Shown here one piece after another: positions 14,301 to 27,935 of a DNA stretch of 64,000 nt. The notes under the pieces were generated by a model, which was given only the letters and a program-made list of their open reading frames with translations, did not search any database and was not told the DNA's origin. Within the stretch, counting starts at the first letter, position 1, and every line of letters starts with the position of its first letter. Origin of the DNA: Lingula anatina (lineage: Eukaryota; Animalia; Brachiopoda); NCBI GenBank assembly GCA_051362555.1, contig CM120647.1, forward strand, positions 2,232,001 to 2,296,000, in the 5' to 3' direction. The translations under genes and the position numbers were made by a program.

Positions 14301-17300
14301 AAATACCACGGATTGACCCTGAAACGGAATGCTACTGGTCATGCTAACATGGGTCAAAGTACAGTAAAATTTTGATCAATACATTTAGACCAATTTTTGG
14401 ACTTTTTTTCTTTTGTCAAACATTACAGGTACCTCTACTTTACACCACATTTTATGGATTATCCATGATTAAAATAAGCTTATCTGAAACAATGTTTCTA
14501 ACTCTACACAAATCTACTAGAATTATTTCCAATAATCACAACATACCCTTTTTTTAATCTTCTCCTTCATAAATGGTTTGATCATTTCAAATATAGTCCC
14601 CATGAAGGAAGGTTCGTTGAAATAATGGATTCCTTTCAGGCGTATTGGCATGCCCTCCTGCAATAAGGACAGACACAGTGGGGACTGATATCTTCCCATT
14701 TACAACTTATTCACAGGTAGACATCAACAATATTGTTCACTAAAACTTGAAAAAATTTATTAATCAAAATTCCTTCCTCATAGTTCTGCATGACATGTTT
14801 GATAAGTTTCATTTCTAAGAAAAGCTGTTGCTTCACTGAATTACTGTTAACATGGAGTAAATTGGACAAAAAACAAACTAAGTATCATTTCTCAAGAAAT
14901 GTGAGATTAATTAATGAAAACCTTATTTATTTATGAAAAGTGCCAATAATTTGAAAAAAATAAATAAAGTAGCACTCATATTTTGGTCAGTCCTACCTGT
15001 ATTATTGACATCAGTTTCTTAGCGAAGAAAGGATTGAAATGTTTCCCATGGTTCCAAGTCATTCCTTTAGCATCAACCAATACAACCAACCCAGACACCT
15101 GAGTCTCTTCATCCTAGTCACACCACCAGATAGAGGAGAAAGGAGAGACTTTATGAATTGACATAACATTCATTGTTTATTAAGTGTGAGAGCGATATAT
15201 GCCATAACAGCTAAAGCATCAGCGAGACGTGTTCATGGCATATATCGCGAGAAGGTGACAGTGTATTATTTGACACACATACCAAGGGAAAATACTGTTA
15301 TTTCATCCTAAAATACCCCTAAAAACTGAATAAAGTGACTCTATATCATGCTATTAGGAATAAACTCATCCACGTAATGGTCAGAGACATGGGTCAGCTG
15401 TTTTTTTTTTTGTGAATAGCTGACCGATCCCTATCTATATAGCGCACATGACAGTCCTTCCCGTCAATTGTTCTGTCACAGCTTAGATCTACAGCACTGC
15501 GTGGATATAGCGACTTTCGATATAAGAATGGATAGCCAGTCTAAACGTAGTTATCCCTTTCTTTGGGGGACATATATGACAATGGTGCAGCCCAAAAGCA
15601 GAAAGAAAATTGTGTAAAAGTTTCGCAGCTTAACTCTGACACTTTGGAAGTTGAACTTCTGAATGCAAGCCAGACAGCAGAGCTTTTGTATTTGGACTCA
15701 AAAAAGAAGACGCAGGTTGCCACAGCTGACACGGTGAGAGGATCAAAAATATATACCGTACATTAAATATCTGAAATCTGCAGGAAAATATGGTTTACTT
15801 ATTACACTGCAAAAAAAAAAATGCACTCCACACTTGCTCTTTTATATTGCTTGTAGGTGTGACACACGTGGGTGGGGCGTGGACTGCTCTACAGATACAA
15901 GGCATATTACAAAAGTTGTTGCTGAATGTAGAATTTATAAACAATGGAAGACCAGTATTTCTATCTCAGCAACTCGTTTTGCATGTGCTTTCAGTAAATA
16001 TAACATAAATGCATTTAGGTAGCTCGCACTTGTTACTTTATTCATAATTAAAAATTTGACAATTTTACCGTTGCATGATGAAGAGTAGGGTTTATCAAGA
16101 CCTAGAAACAAACAATAAAATATAGGTTCAGCCTTCAGGGGTAAGTAGCGGTTTACTTCAGGTCAGCCTTTATGCCATGAGTAGGCCTACCTAGGTATAG
16201 TACACGTGAAGTAGTTATCCAAAAATATTACAATGCTTATAGTTAATTAAAATATATAGTATATACATGGTAGGGACCAACAAACCCATCCGGTGTCAAA
16301 TGGGGAGACATCGCACATCTCAGTATTTAATTTAAAAATTGTAAAGAGCAGTTCATCCTCAAGGAGCCCATTCCAAGGATATCTATCTCTGGGGTCCTCT
16401 TGTTATAACTGCTTTTAATACATTTGTTTACACTAGAGGTGTTGTAGTATATCTCACAAATAAATATACCTCATTTTGATTAAATTTTAATATTTTTTCA
16501 GTTATCTGAGAGGTTTTCCTTCATTTCAGATCAGCAGGTGGATGCTATTGTACAGGATTCCATCCCTCAGAATACCAGACAATGTAATTTCTGGGCTTTT
16601 AATTCATTCGAAAAGTGGAGTATCGCAAGGAATAATAAACATATTTTTGACAGACAAGGGAATGGCATTAATGAAGACCAGTATAATAAAATGCTGTGTC
16701 CCATAGAGCAGATGAATGTGGATCTACTTAACTACTGGGTATCTAAGTTTATAGTTGAAGTTCGTAAGGAAAATGGAGAAGAATATCCACCGAACTCCAT
16801 TATGTCATTGGTGATGGGTTTGCAAAAGTATCTAAGAGTAAAAACTCAGAAGCCCATTAACTTTTTGGAATGCCCAGATTTTAGCCGGATCCGTTTAGTA
16901 CTGCACGCTGAGATGAAAAGATTGACAAGAAAAGGCATGGGAAGAAAAAGTAAGACAGCTGAGCACATTCAGGCTGAGGACGTAGAAAAATTGTGGAAAA
17001 GTAAGCAGTTAGGTGACTTTAATCCTACCGTTCTGGTCGAAAGTATATTTTTTTTCAACAGATTACACTTTGGTCTAAGAGGAGGACAAGAATAAGATGA
17101 ATTTAATCCAACTGAATCCTGTTTTAATCCAAGTCAAATAGCTCTACATGAGCCCACTGGAAAAACCAGCATATTTGAGGTATACTGAGGATTGTTCCAA
17201 AACTGTCCTAGGGGGTTGAAATACAGACAGATAAGTAATAAAGAGGTTGTTCGTCATGCCATCACGAAGTGCCCTGACAGATGCCACGTGCACTTATTCA

Positions 17301-20300
17301 AGCGCTATATGGAATTGTGTCCAACCACAGGTAAGGTGTTAATATTACTAGTATAGGTAATAATGTTAACTTCAAAGTTCACTTAACGCAGTTCGATCAA
17401 CCACTGCATATTTTACTTGGGCACTTTACTGGTCTGGTTAATGGTAGCCACAAGAAGGACACCCAGTCAGATATAATGGTAGCCACAAGAAGGACACCCA
17501 GTCAAATATAATGGTAGGCACAAGAAAAACACCCAGTCAGATATAATGGTAGACACATAAAGGACACCCAGTCAGATATAATGGTAGACACAAGAAGGAC
17601 ACCCAGTCAGATATAATGGTAGCCACAAGAAGGACACCCAGTCAAATATAATGGTAGGCACAAGAAAAACACCCAGTCAGATATAATGGTAGACACATAA
17701 AGGACACCCAGTCAGATATAATGGTAGACACAAGAAGGACACCCAGTCAGATATAATGGTAGACACAAGAAGGACACCCAGTCAGATATAATATATGGTA
17801 GACACAAGAAGGACACCCAGTCAGATATAATGGTAGCCACAAGAAGGACACCCAGTCAGATACAAAGGTAGCCACAAGAAGGACACCCAGTCAAATATAA
17901 TGGTAGGCACAAGAAAAACACCCAGTCAGATATAATGGTAGACACATAAAGGACACCCAGTCAGATATAATGGTAGACACAAGAAGGACACCCAGTCAGA
18001 TACAAAGGTAGCCACAAGAAGGACACCCAGTCAGATATAATGGTAGGCACAAGAAAAACACCCAGTCAGATATAATGGTAGACACATAAAGGACACCCAG
18101 TCAAATATAATGGTAGGCACAAGAAAAACACCCAGTCAGATATAATGGTAGACACATAAAGGACACCCAGTCAGATATAATGGTAGACACAAGAAGGACA
18201 CCCAGTCAGATATAATGGTAGACACAAGAAGGACACCCAGTCAGATATAATATATGGTAGACACAAGAAGGACACCCAGTCAGATATAATGGTAGACACA
18301 AGAAGGACACCCAGTCAGATATAATGGTAGACACAAGAAGGACACCCAGTCAAATATAATGGTAGGCACAAGAAAAACACCCAGTCAGATATAATGGTAG
18401 ACACATAAAGGACACCCAGTCAGATATAATGGTAGACACAAGAAGGACACCCAGTCAGATATAATGGTAGCCACAAGAAGGACACCCAGTCAGATATAAT
18501 ATATGGTAGACACAAGAAGGACACCCAGTCAGATATAATATATGGTAGACACAAGAAGGACACCCAGTCAGATATAATGGTAGGCACAAGAAAAACACCC
18601 AGTCAGATATAATGGTAGACACATAAAGGACACCCAGTCAGATATAATGGTAGACACAAGAAGGACACCCAGTCAGATATAATGGTAGACACAAGAAGGA
18701 CACCCAGTCAGATATAATATATGGTAGACACAAGAAGGACACCCAGTCAGATATAATATATGGTAGACACAAGAAGGACACCCAGTCAGATATAATGGTA
18801 GACACAAGAAGGACACCCAGTCAGATATAATGGTAGACACAAGAAGGACACCCAGTCAGATACAAAGGTAGCCACAAGAAGGACACCCAGTCAGATATAA
18901 TATATGGTAGACACAAGAAGGACACCCAGTCAGATATAATATATGGTAGACACAAGAAGGACACCCAGTCAGATATAATGGTAGACACAAGAAGGACACC
19001 CAGTCAGATATAATATATGGTAGACACAAGAAGGACACCCAGTCAGATATAATGGTAGCCACAAGAAGGACACCCAGTCAGATACAAAGGTAGCCACAAG
19101 AAGGACACCCAGTCAGATATAATATATGGTAGACACAAGAAGGACAACCAGTCAGATATAATGGTAGACACAAGAAGGACACCCAGTCAGATATAATATA
19201 TGGTAGACACAAGAAGGACACCCAGTCAGATACAAAGGTAGCCACAAGAAGGACACCCAGTCAAATATAATGGTAGGCACAAGAAAAACACCCAGTCAGA
19301 TATAATGGTAGACACATAAAGGACACCCAGTCAGATATAATGGTAGACACAAGAAGGACACCCAGTCAGATATAATGGTAGACACAAGAAGGACACCCAG
19401 TCAGATATAATATATGGTAGACACAAGAAGGACACCCAGTCAGATATAATGGTAGACACAAGAAGGACACCCAGTCAGATATAATGGTAGACACAAGAAG
19501 GACACCCAGTCAAATATAATGGTAGGCACAAGAAAAACACCCAGTCAGATATAATGGTAGACACATAAAGGACACCCAGTCAGATATAATGGTAGACACA
19601 AGAAGGAAACCCAGTCAGATATAATGGTAGACACAAGAAGGACACCCAGTCAGATATAATATATGGTAGACACAAGAAGGACACCCAGTCAGATATAATG
19701 GTAGACACAAGAAGGACACCCAGTCAGATATAATGGTAGACACAAGAAGGACACCCAGTCAAATATAATGGTAGGCACAAGAAAAACACCCAGTCAGATA
19801 TAATGGTAGACACATAAAGGACACCCAGTCAGATATAATGGTAGACACAAGAAGGACACCCAGTCAGATATAATGGTAGACACAAGAAGGACACCCAGTC
19901 AGATATAATGGTAGACACAAGAAGGACACCCAGTCAGATATAATGGTAGACACAAGAAGGACACCCAGTCAGATATAATGGTAGCCACAAGAAGGACACC
20001 CAGTCAGATATAATATATGGTAGACACAAGAAGGACACCCAGTCAGATATAATATATGGTAGACACAAGAAGGACACCCAGTCAGATATAATGGTAGCCA
20101 CAAGAAGGACACCCAGTCAAATATAATGGTAGACACAAGAAGGACACCTAGTCAGATATAATATATGGTAGACACAAGAAGGACACCCAGTCAGATATAA
20201 TATATGGTAGACACAAGAAGGACACCCAGTCAGATATAATGGTAGACACAAGAAGGACACCCAGTCAGATATAATGGTAGACACAAGAAGGACACCTAGT

Positions 20301-22996
20301 CAGATATAATGGTAGACACAAGAAGGACACCCAGTCAGATATAATATATGGTAGACACAAGAAGGACACCCAGTCAGATATAATGGTAGACACAAGAAGG
20401 ACACCCAGTCAGATATAATGGTAGACACAAGAAGGACACCCAGTCAGATATAATGGTAGACACAAGAAGGACACCTAGTCAGATATAATGGTAAACACAA
20501 GAAGGACACCCAGTCAGATATAATGGTAGACACAAGAAGGACACCCAGTCAGATATAATGGTAGACACAAGAAGGACACCCAGTCAGATATAATGGTAGA
20601 CACAAGAAGGACACCCAGTCAGATATAATGGTAGACACAAGAAGGACACCCAGTCAGATATAATATATGCTAGACACAAGAAGGACACCCAGTCAGATAT
20701 AATGGTAGACACAAGAAGGACACCCAGTCAGATATAATGGTAGACACAAGAAGGACACCCAGTCAGATATAATATATGGTAGACACAAGAAGGACACCCA
20801 GTCAGATATAATATATGGTAGACACAAGAAGGACACCCAGTCAGATATAATGGTAGACACAAGAAGGACACCCAGTCAGATATAATGGTAGACACAAGAA
20901 GGACACCCAGTCAAATATAATGGTAGGCACAAGAAAAACACCCAGTCAGATATAATGGTAGACACATAAAGGACACCCAGTCAGATATAATGGTAGACAC
21001 AAGAAGGACACCCAGTCAGATATAATGGTAGACACAAGAAGGACACCCAGTCAGATATAATGGTAGACACAAGAAGGACACCCAGTCAGATATAATGGTA
21101 GACACAAGAAGGACACCCAGTCAGATATAATGGTAGCCACAAGAAGGACACCCAGTCAGATATAATATATGGTAGACACAAGAAGGACACCCAGTCAGAT
21201 ATAATATATGGTAGACACAAGAAGGACACCCAGTCAGATATAATGGTAGCCACAAGAAGGACACCCAGTCAAATATAATGGTAGACACAAGAAGGACACC
21301 TAGTCAGATATAATATATGGTAGACACAAGAAGGACACCCAGTCAGATATAATATATGGTAGACACAAGAAGGACACCCAGTCAGATATAATGGTAGACA
21401 CAAGAAGGACACCCAGTCAGATATAATGGTAGACACAAGAAGGACACCTAGTCAGATATAATGGTAGACACAAGAAGGACACCCAGTCAGATATAATATA
21501 TGGTAGACACAAGAAGGACACCCAGTCAGATATAATGGTAGACACAAGAAGGACACCCAGTCAGATATAATGGTAGACACAAGAAGGACACCCAGTCAGA
21601 TATAATGGTAGACACAAGAAGGACACCTAGTCAGATATAATGGTAGACACAAGAAGGACACCCAGTCAGATATAATGGTAGACACAAGAAGGACACCCAG
21701 TCAGATATAATGGTAGACACAAGAAGGACACCCAGTCAGATATAATGGTAGACACAAGAAGGACACCCAGTCAGATATAATGGTAGACACAAGAAGGACA
21801 CCCAGTCAGATATAATATATGCTAGACACAAGAAGGACACCCAGTCAGATATAATGGTAGACACAAGAAGGACACCCAGTCAGATATAATGGTAGACACA
21901 AGAAGGACACCCAGTCAGATATAATATATGGTAGACACAAGAAGGACACCCAGTCAGATATAATATATGGTAGACACAAGAAGGACACCCAGTCAGATAT
22001 AATGGTAGACACAAGAAGGACACCCAGTCAGATATAATGGTAAACACAAGAAGGACACACAGGCAGATATAATGCTTCTTGGTGTTCACCATTAGAGCAA
22101 TGAAGTGCTAATACTACCAAATTAAGTTGGTCTTCCAAGCAAAACATGAGGTAAACCACGCACGACTTACCTGTATGATTTTCTCCAAATTAAGCAGCTG
22201 AGTGCGCATTACGTCCGTCACAGGGTATCTGTCTGGGTCCCAGCGACCTGAAATTATCAAAAATTATATATCAGTTCAAATACATGTAAATCTGAATTGA
22301 AAAGATCTGACACTGAAAATGGTTTGTTGTGTATTTTTTTAAAAATGATCCAGCTAAATAAAAAGTTGGCAAATATGGATACAGACAATCTTTAACAGTG
22401 GGAGAGAGACAAACTATTAAAAACAGTAGTATACAAATGCCGGGGCTTTGACATTGCTACACTCAACCCCATTGTGTAAGAGCCAGAGGCAAGCCTTATC
22501 ACCAGTCTACCAAGATATGCCAGCATATCTCATATCACATCTCACATTAGTGTAGCATCAAAACACTGGCTGTTATTAACTTTACTGTATAAACATTGAC
22601 AAGACAGACGGACAGACAGACAGACAGACATAGATTGTTCTAGATGAATTCAGTGAATTCTAAATATTCACGCAATGTATGAATCAGTAGCTGGGGTAGT
22701 AAATCAAGCAGTGTCAGCCATGGGGCACCAGTTTCCACACAGCTCATAACATTTTTATGACAGATCGACAAGTAACTCCAGGCTTTAGGGTTTTATGAGT
22801 AGTAAACAATTTTATCAAGCTATATCCCCTTTGAACACAAGATCTGAAATTTACCAATATTTATTATTATTATTATTCCTGCTACAATTTAAAGTTGATA
22901 AGATGGATGAAAAACAACACACATACAGGCCAGGTCACCGTAACAGATTACCCATTTTGTATATTATGCATCTACATTATTTATATATATAAAGAC

Positions 22997-23037
<41 letters not shown>

Positions 23038-23101
23038 TAAGGTTATCTTACGTCATAATTAGTTGCTTACTGTAACACACACACACACACACACTGTACA
23101 T

Positions 23102-23135
<34 letters not shown>

Positions 23136-23380
23136 TACATAAACACACACACACACATACACACACACTGTACATAAACACACATACACACACACACTGT
23201 ACATAAACACACACACACACACACACACACACTGTACATAAACACACACACACACACACACACACACACTGTACATAAACACACACACATACACACACAC
23301 ACACACACACTGTACATAAACACACACACACACACACTGTACATAAACACACACACACACACACACTGTACATAAACACA

Positions 23381-23413
<33 letters not shown>

Positions 23414-23456
23414 TGTACATAAACACACACACACACACACACTGTACATAAACACA

Positions 23457-23487
<31 letters not shown>

Positions 23488-23599
23488 TGTACATAAACAC
23501 ACACACATACACACACACACACACTGTACATAAACACACACACATACACACACACACACACACTGTACATAAACACACACACACACACACACTGTACAT

Positions 23600-23637
<38 letters not shown>

Positions 23638-26600
23638 TACATAAACACACACACACACACACGAGTAGCGTGCCTGGTTTTTGAGCTCCCATTCTTTTTG
23701 TCTTTTATGTTGTGCTTTATTTTTTTTTGAACTCATTTTGGTCTTATTGTATATATCCATTATTTTATGTATATGATTTAATTTGTAATTTTTCTTCTTA
23801 TCCAGTTTATTTACAACTTCGACTTTGTGGTTGCTATGTATTAATAAACTAATTATAATTATTATTGTTGTTATTATCATCATCATTATTTTTATTATAA
23901 ACACACACATACACTTACCTATTCTTAACAGAATAATTCGTCTCCCCAGCTTGTCTTTACAATCCAGCACATTGCTCACTCCAGCCTCAAGCATGTGCTT
24001 CAGGTTCATTGGTGTAAAGTTCTCAAAGATGTCCGGGTTCTCTTTCCTCTTCTTGAAGTAGTTCAGCAGCAGATCAAACGCCCTCTGGTGGTCAAATTTA
24101 CGAGCTCGTAAGAAACGCAGTAGGAACGCATCGTCTGTTCTGCACTTCAAACCTGAGGAAGATTTTTTGATTGATTTTTTAAAAATTGATGAATTTCAAC
24201 TAAAATTTTGTTTACACATAATAATACCGATCGATAAATCATTATTTCTATTTCATCTGAATACATAAGTTTCAATCATTCCTTCAATTTAGCAACAGTC
24301 ATGTTGAGAGTAATGAATTAACAACCTGGAATTTAGAATGAATTACTATCATTTTTTTCATGTATAATTAAAGGGATAACAAACCTTTGTATGAGTTCTA
24401 TATTTCACAATAAAAACATTGTAAACAACTCATAAAAATATAATATTCTATTTAACCACCAAAAATGACAGTTAAAGCAAATTATTCTGAAATCTGTGCT
24501 TGTCACCACGTGACCTCCATAGATGGCTATACTCTGTAATAATCTCCTAAGAGATTATTGCAAAAAAAAAACTTTCTTGAAAAAAAAAACAGGGACTAAA
24601 TTTGAATGTAGAAATGGATTCCTTAACCATTTGTAAGTATGGGAAAATTGTTGTTTACCCCAGCAAAATTCATTTTTTGGCCAAAATGAACAGTTGTTAT
24701 TCAAATTATAATGGAAATGAAGTGTCTTTTAGGCGAAGCTTTTAACTGCAATCATCACAGCAGTCACTACAATAATGTATGGAAATCAATGAACCAACGT
24801 AAAACACCCATCCCCCCTATTCCCACTGACATATACTGGTATATCAGAAATAAATCAAATTGTACTGTGCAAATGTCCACATTTTGATGACAAAGACAAT
24901 ACTGTGTGTCACGTACAGTAGGATATAACACTCATTGCACTTTGTGATACTTTGGGTACTTTGTGATCAGGCTTGCAACATGTCAAATTTTAATACCTGC
25001 AGGTACATTTGTTTTTTTATATCATTTCTTGTGAAATTCTTGTTTACAGTTAACAGATCACTTGTTAATGTAGATCTTTCTGAATTCTCAGATGAATACA
25101 CTGCTGATCTGCAAACATGACACTGCAAGCTGTCAAATGTACAGACAACAAGACAGCAAAACTGTTAAATGTACAAACAAAAATCAAAAATATAGAATAA
25201 TAATGATAGTGCACAAAACTGTTATAGTTTTTCATTAATTTTGATGCAAAATAACTTAATGATTAACACCATAATTACCATCAATATTTAATTTAATATA
25301 CTACAGGTAATTTGGACATTTAGAAAACGTTACTAGTAAAGACCTTCAGTTTCATGGGATTTCAAAGTCACACACTGAAAATACCAATTAATATATGAAA
25401 AATGAACATTTCACTAAACAAGGCAGCAAAGCTGTCAAATGTACAGACAAAAAGCAGGAAATAACAAAATAGGCTACTGTCAATTCTGATGCAAAAGTAC
25501 ATTATGTAAAACTGCAAATTCAACATCAAATTTTAATTATGCTCAACAGGTAATACCAATGTAAGTAAAATGTGAAACGAGCATAAGGCTTCAGGCCCAT
25601 GGGAGTTCAAGTTCACACTTTGAAAATGTATAACTTCCAGAAAAAGAAGTCAATTAGACTGCTTTTCCAACTCAGGCTGCATTTTAGTCCTGTATTTCTT
25701 TTTTGAAAGTTTGGCAATCATAAGTAACATGGTTTTCCCATAATGGTCATCATGGCAGCAGCACCCAAAATTGTGTTTTCTTCTATTCTGATGCAGTATC
25801 ACATAATGGTTAACAGCATAATGACAATCAATTTTTAATAACAAAATATATGTATCATGGATTTTCAGAAAATGTGACTAGCCTGGGTCTTCAAGCCTGT
25901 GGAACTTCAAAGTCACACCTTGAAAATGCCAATATGTGAAAAATTAAATTTTCACAAAAAAAATGTTTATCTGGCAGATTGCATTGCCTACTGAAGCTGT
26001 ATTTTAGTCCCATGTTTCTTTCCTGTAAGTTTGAGAACAGTAAGTGACATGGTTTTTCTTAAAAGGTAATCATGGGAGCAGTGCCCAAAATAGGTTTTTT
26101 TCACATTTTGATGCAATATTACATAATTTGTAACAGCATAATGACCATCAATTTTTAATAATAAAATATTAGTATCATGGATATTTAGAAAATGTGACTA
26201 GCAAAGGTCTTCAGGCCCATGGAACTTCAAAGTCACAACTTGAAAATGCCAAAATGTAAACAAGACAGCACTGTTCTGAAATGTTTTTTTCCCCATTTTT
26301 AACAATTTTTAACATAAAACAAAATTAACAGTTTACTGCCATTTTTATATGATCAACTAAGAAAATTGATGAGATGAGAAAAGTATCAAAAGAGCAGTGT
26401 TAAATGTCCAATTTCTTCCATTCTGAGATTCTGAACATAGTGAATGATTGAATCTGACAAATTGCAATGATATGAGTTTATTTCCATTTTTGAAACTTTA
26501 CACAATACACGATAACATGTTTACCATCATTTTTACAAAATCAACTAACAATGTTGTAAAGATGCAGGAAATGTCAAACAAACACTTTCACATATCTTAT

Positions 26601-27898
26601 TAGTTTAATAATGAGACTGTTAACATGCCTAAAATTGAATCTGAGGAAATGTGAAAAAACAGCATACCTTCTAAAATAATGGCACGATTATGCTGATTTA
26701 CGAACTCAACCTGCATTTTAGTAAAATTGACCACTCCTGTGACTTTCATGACAATTGGCCCATCTGTTTTTCTTATATTGTGTTTACAGTGTTGCATATA
26801 TGCTGAAAAGTGTAAAAAACAGCATAACTAGTAAAATGGTGGCCCGATCATGCCGATTTTCGAACTTGACCTGCGTTTTAGTAAGATTGATTACTCCTAT
26901 GAGTTTCATGACAACAGGTCTATTGGTCTTCCTTGAAATGTGTTAACAGTGTTGCATATATGCTGAAAAGTGAAGAAACAGCATAATTACTAAAATAGTG
27001 GCCCGATCATGCCGATTTTCGAACTTGATCTGCGTTTTAGTAAGACTGATTACTCCTGTGAGTTTCATGACAACAGGCCTATCGGTTTTCCTTGAAATGT
27101 GTTAACAGTGTTGCATATGTGCTAAAAAGTGAAAAAACAGCATAAATTCTACAATAATGGCCCGATCATGCTGATTTTCGAACTTGACCTGCGTTTTATG
27201 AATATTAGTCAGCGCTGTAAATATAAAGCCAAAAAGTAAAACTATCTTCCACTTATGGTGTTAACACTGAAAGTGCACGGCGACGGCGACAGCGACGGCG
27301 ACATGATCGGCGACGGCGACGGCGACGACAGACGCAGGTGATGGCAATATGTACAGACACATCTGTGTCTGTACATAAAAAAGCATAACTTAAAGAAAAA
27401 TAATTCAGTTAAGCTGGTTTTTCAATTTTATGTCCTAAGAACAACTCTTATATGTTAATTAAAGAATTATAAGTGACACCGTTTTCCTTCTATTATAGTT
27501 AGAAAGTTTTCTACTATCTGCCTGTTTAAGAAATGGGTTCTTGCAAAAGGTCATCCATTACATCAGTGCTATTTTTTCTAGATTCATGAGGATAATTTAT
27601 TGACTTTTTTCAACACTGGGCTAGAGCACAATATGCCACGTATACTTTATAAACTTGTTGATCAACTGATTGCAATTTTACCTTCTAATCAATCAATTTA
27701 ATCTATATCAAATAGCTCACTATATATTTTGCTGGTGTGGAATCACATCAAATCTGTACAGATATGATGCAGAGTAGGAGCCACCCAGGGTCCAAAGGCA
27801 AACACTCCACCACCCATCCAATGATGCCACATGGGGACCCTAGTTATATGTATGACATATCAATGACAATGAAAGATAGCATGAAGCAAGGCTCTAAC

Positions 27899-27935
<37 letters not shown>

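Noticed and set aside
17438-22075. CRISPR-like array (35-bp repeats) and the ORFs within it
   Set aside because: Units are head-to-tail with no unique spacers, no cas genes are present and the context is eukaryotic.
23048-23692. Long Cys/Val-rich ORFs (197-363 aa)
   Set aside because: Translations of the (TG)n microsatellite; only 23919-24152 of the 363-aa ORF is a real exon.
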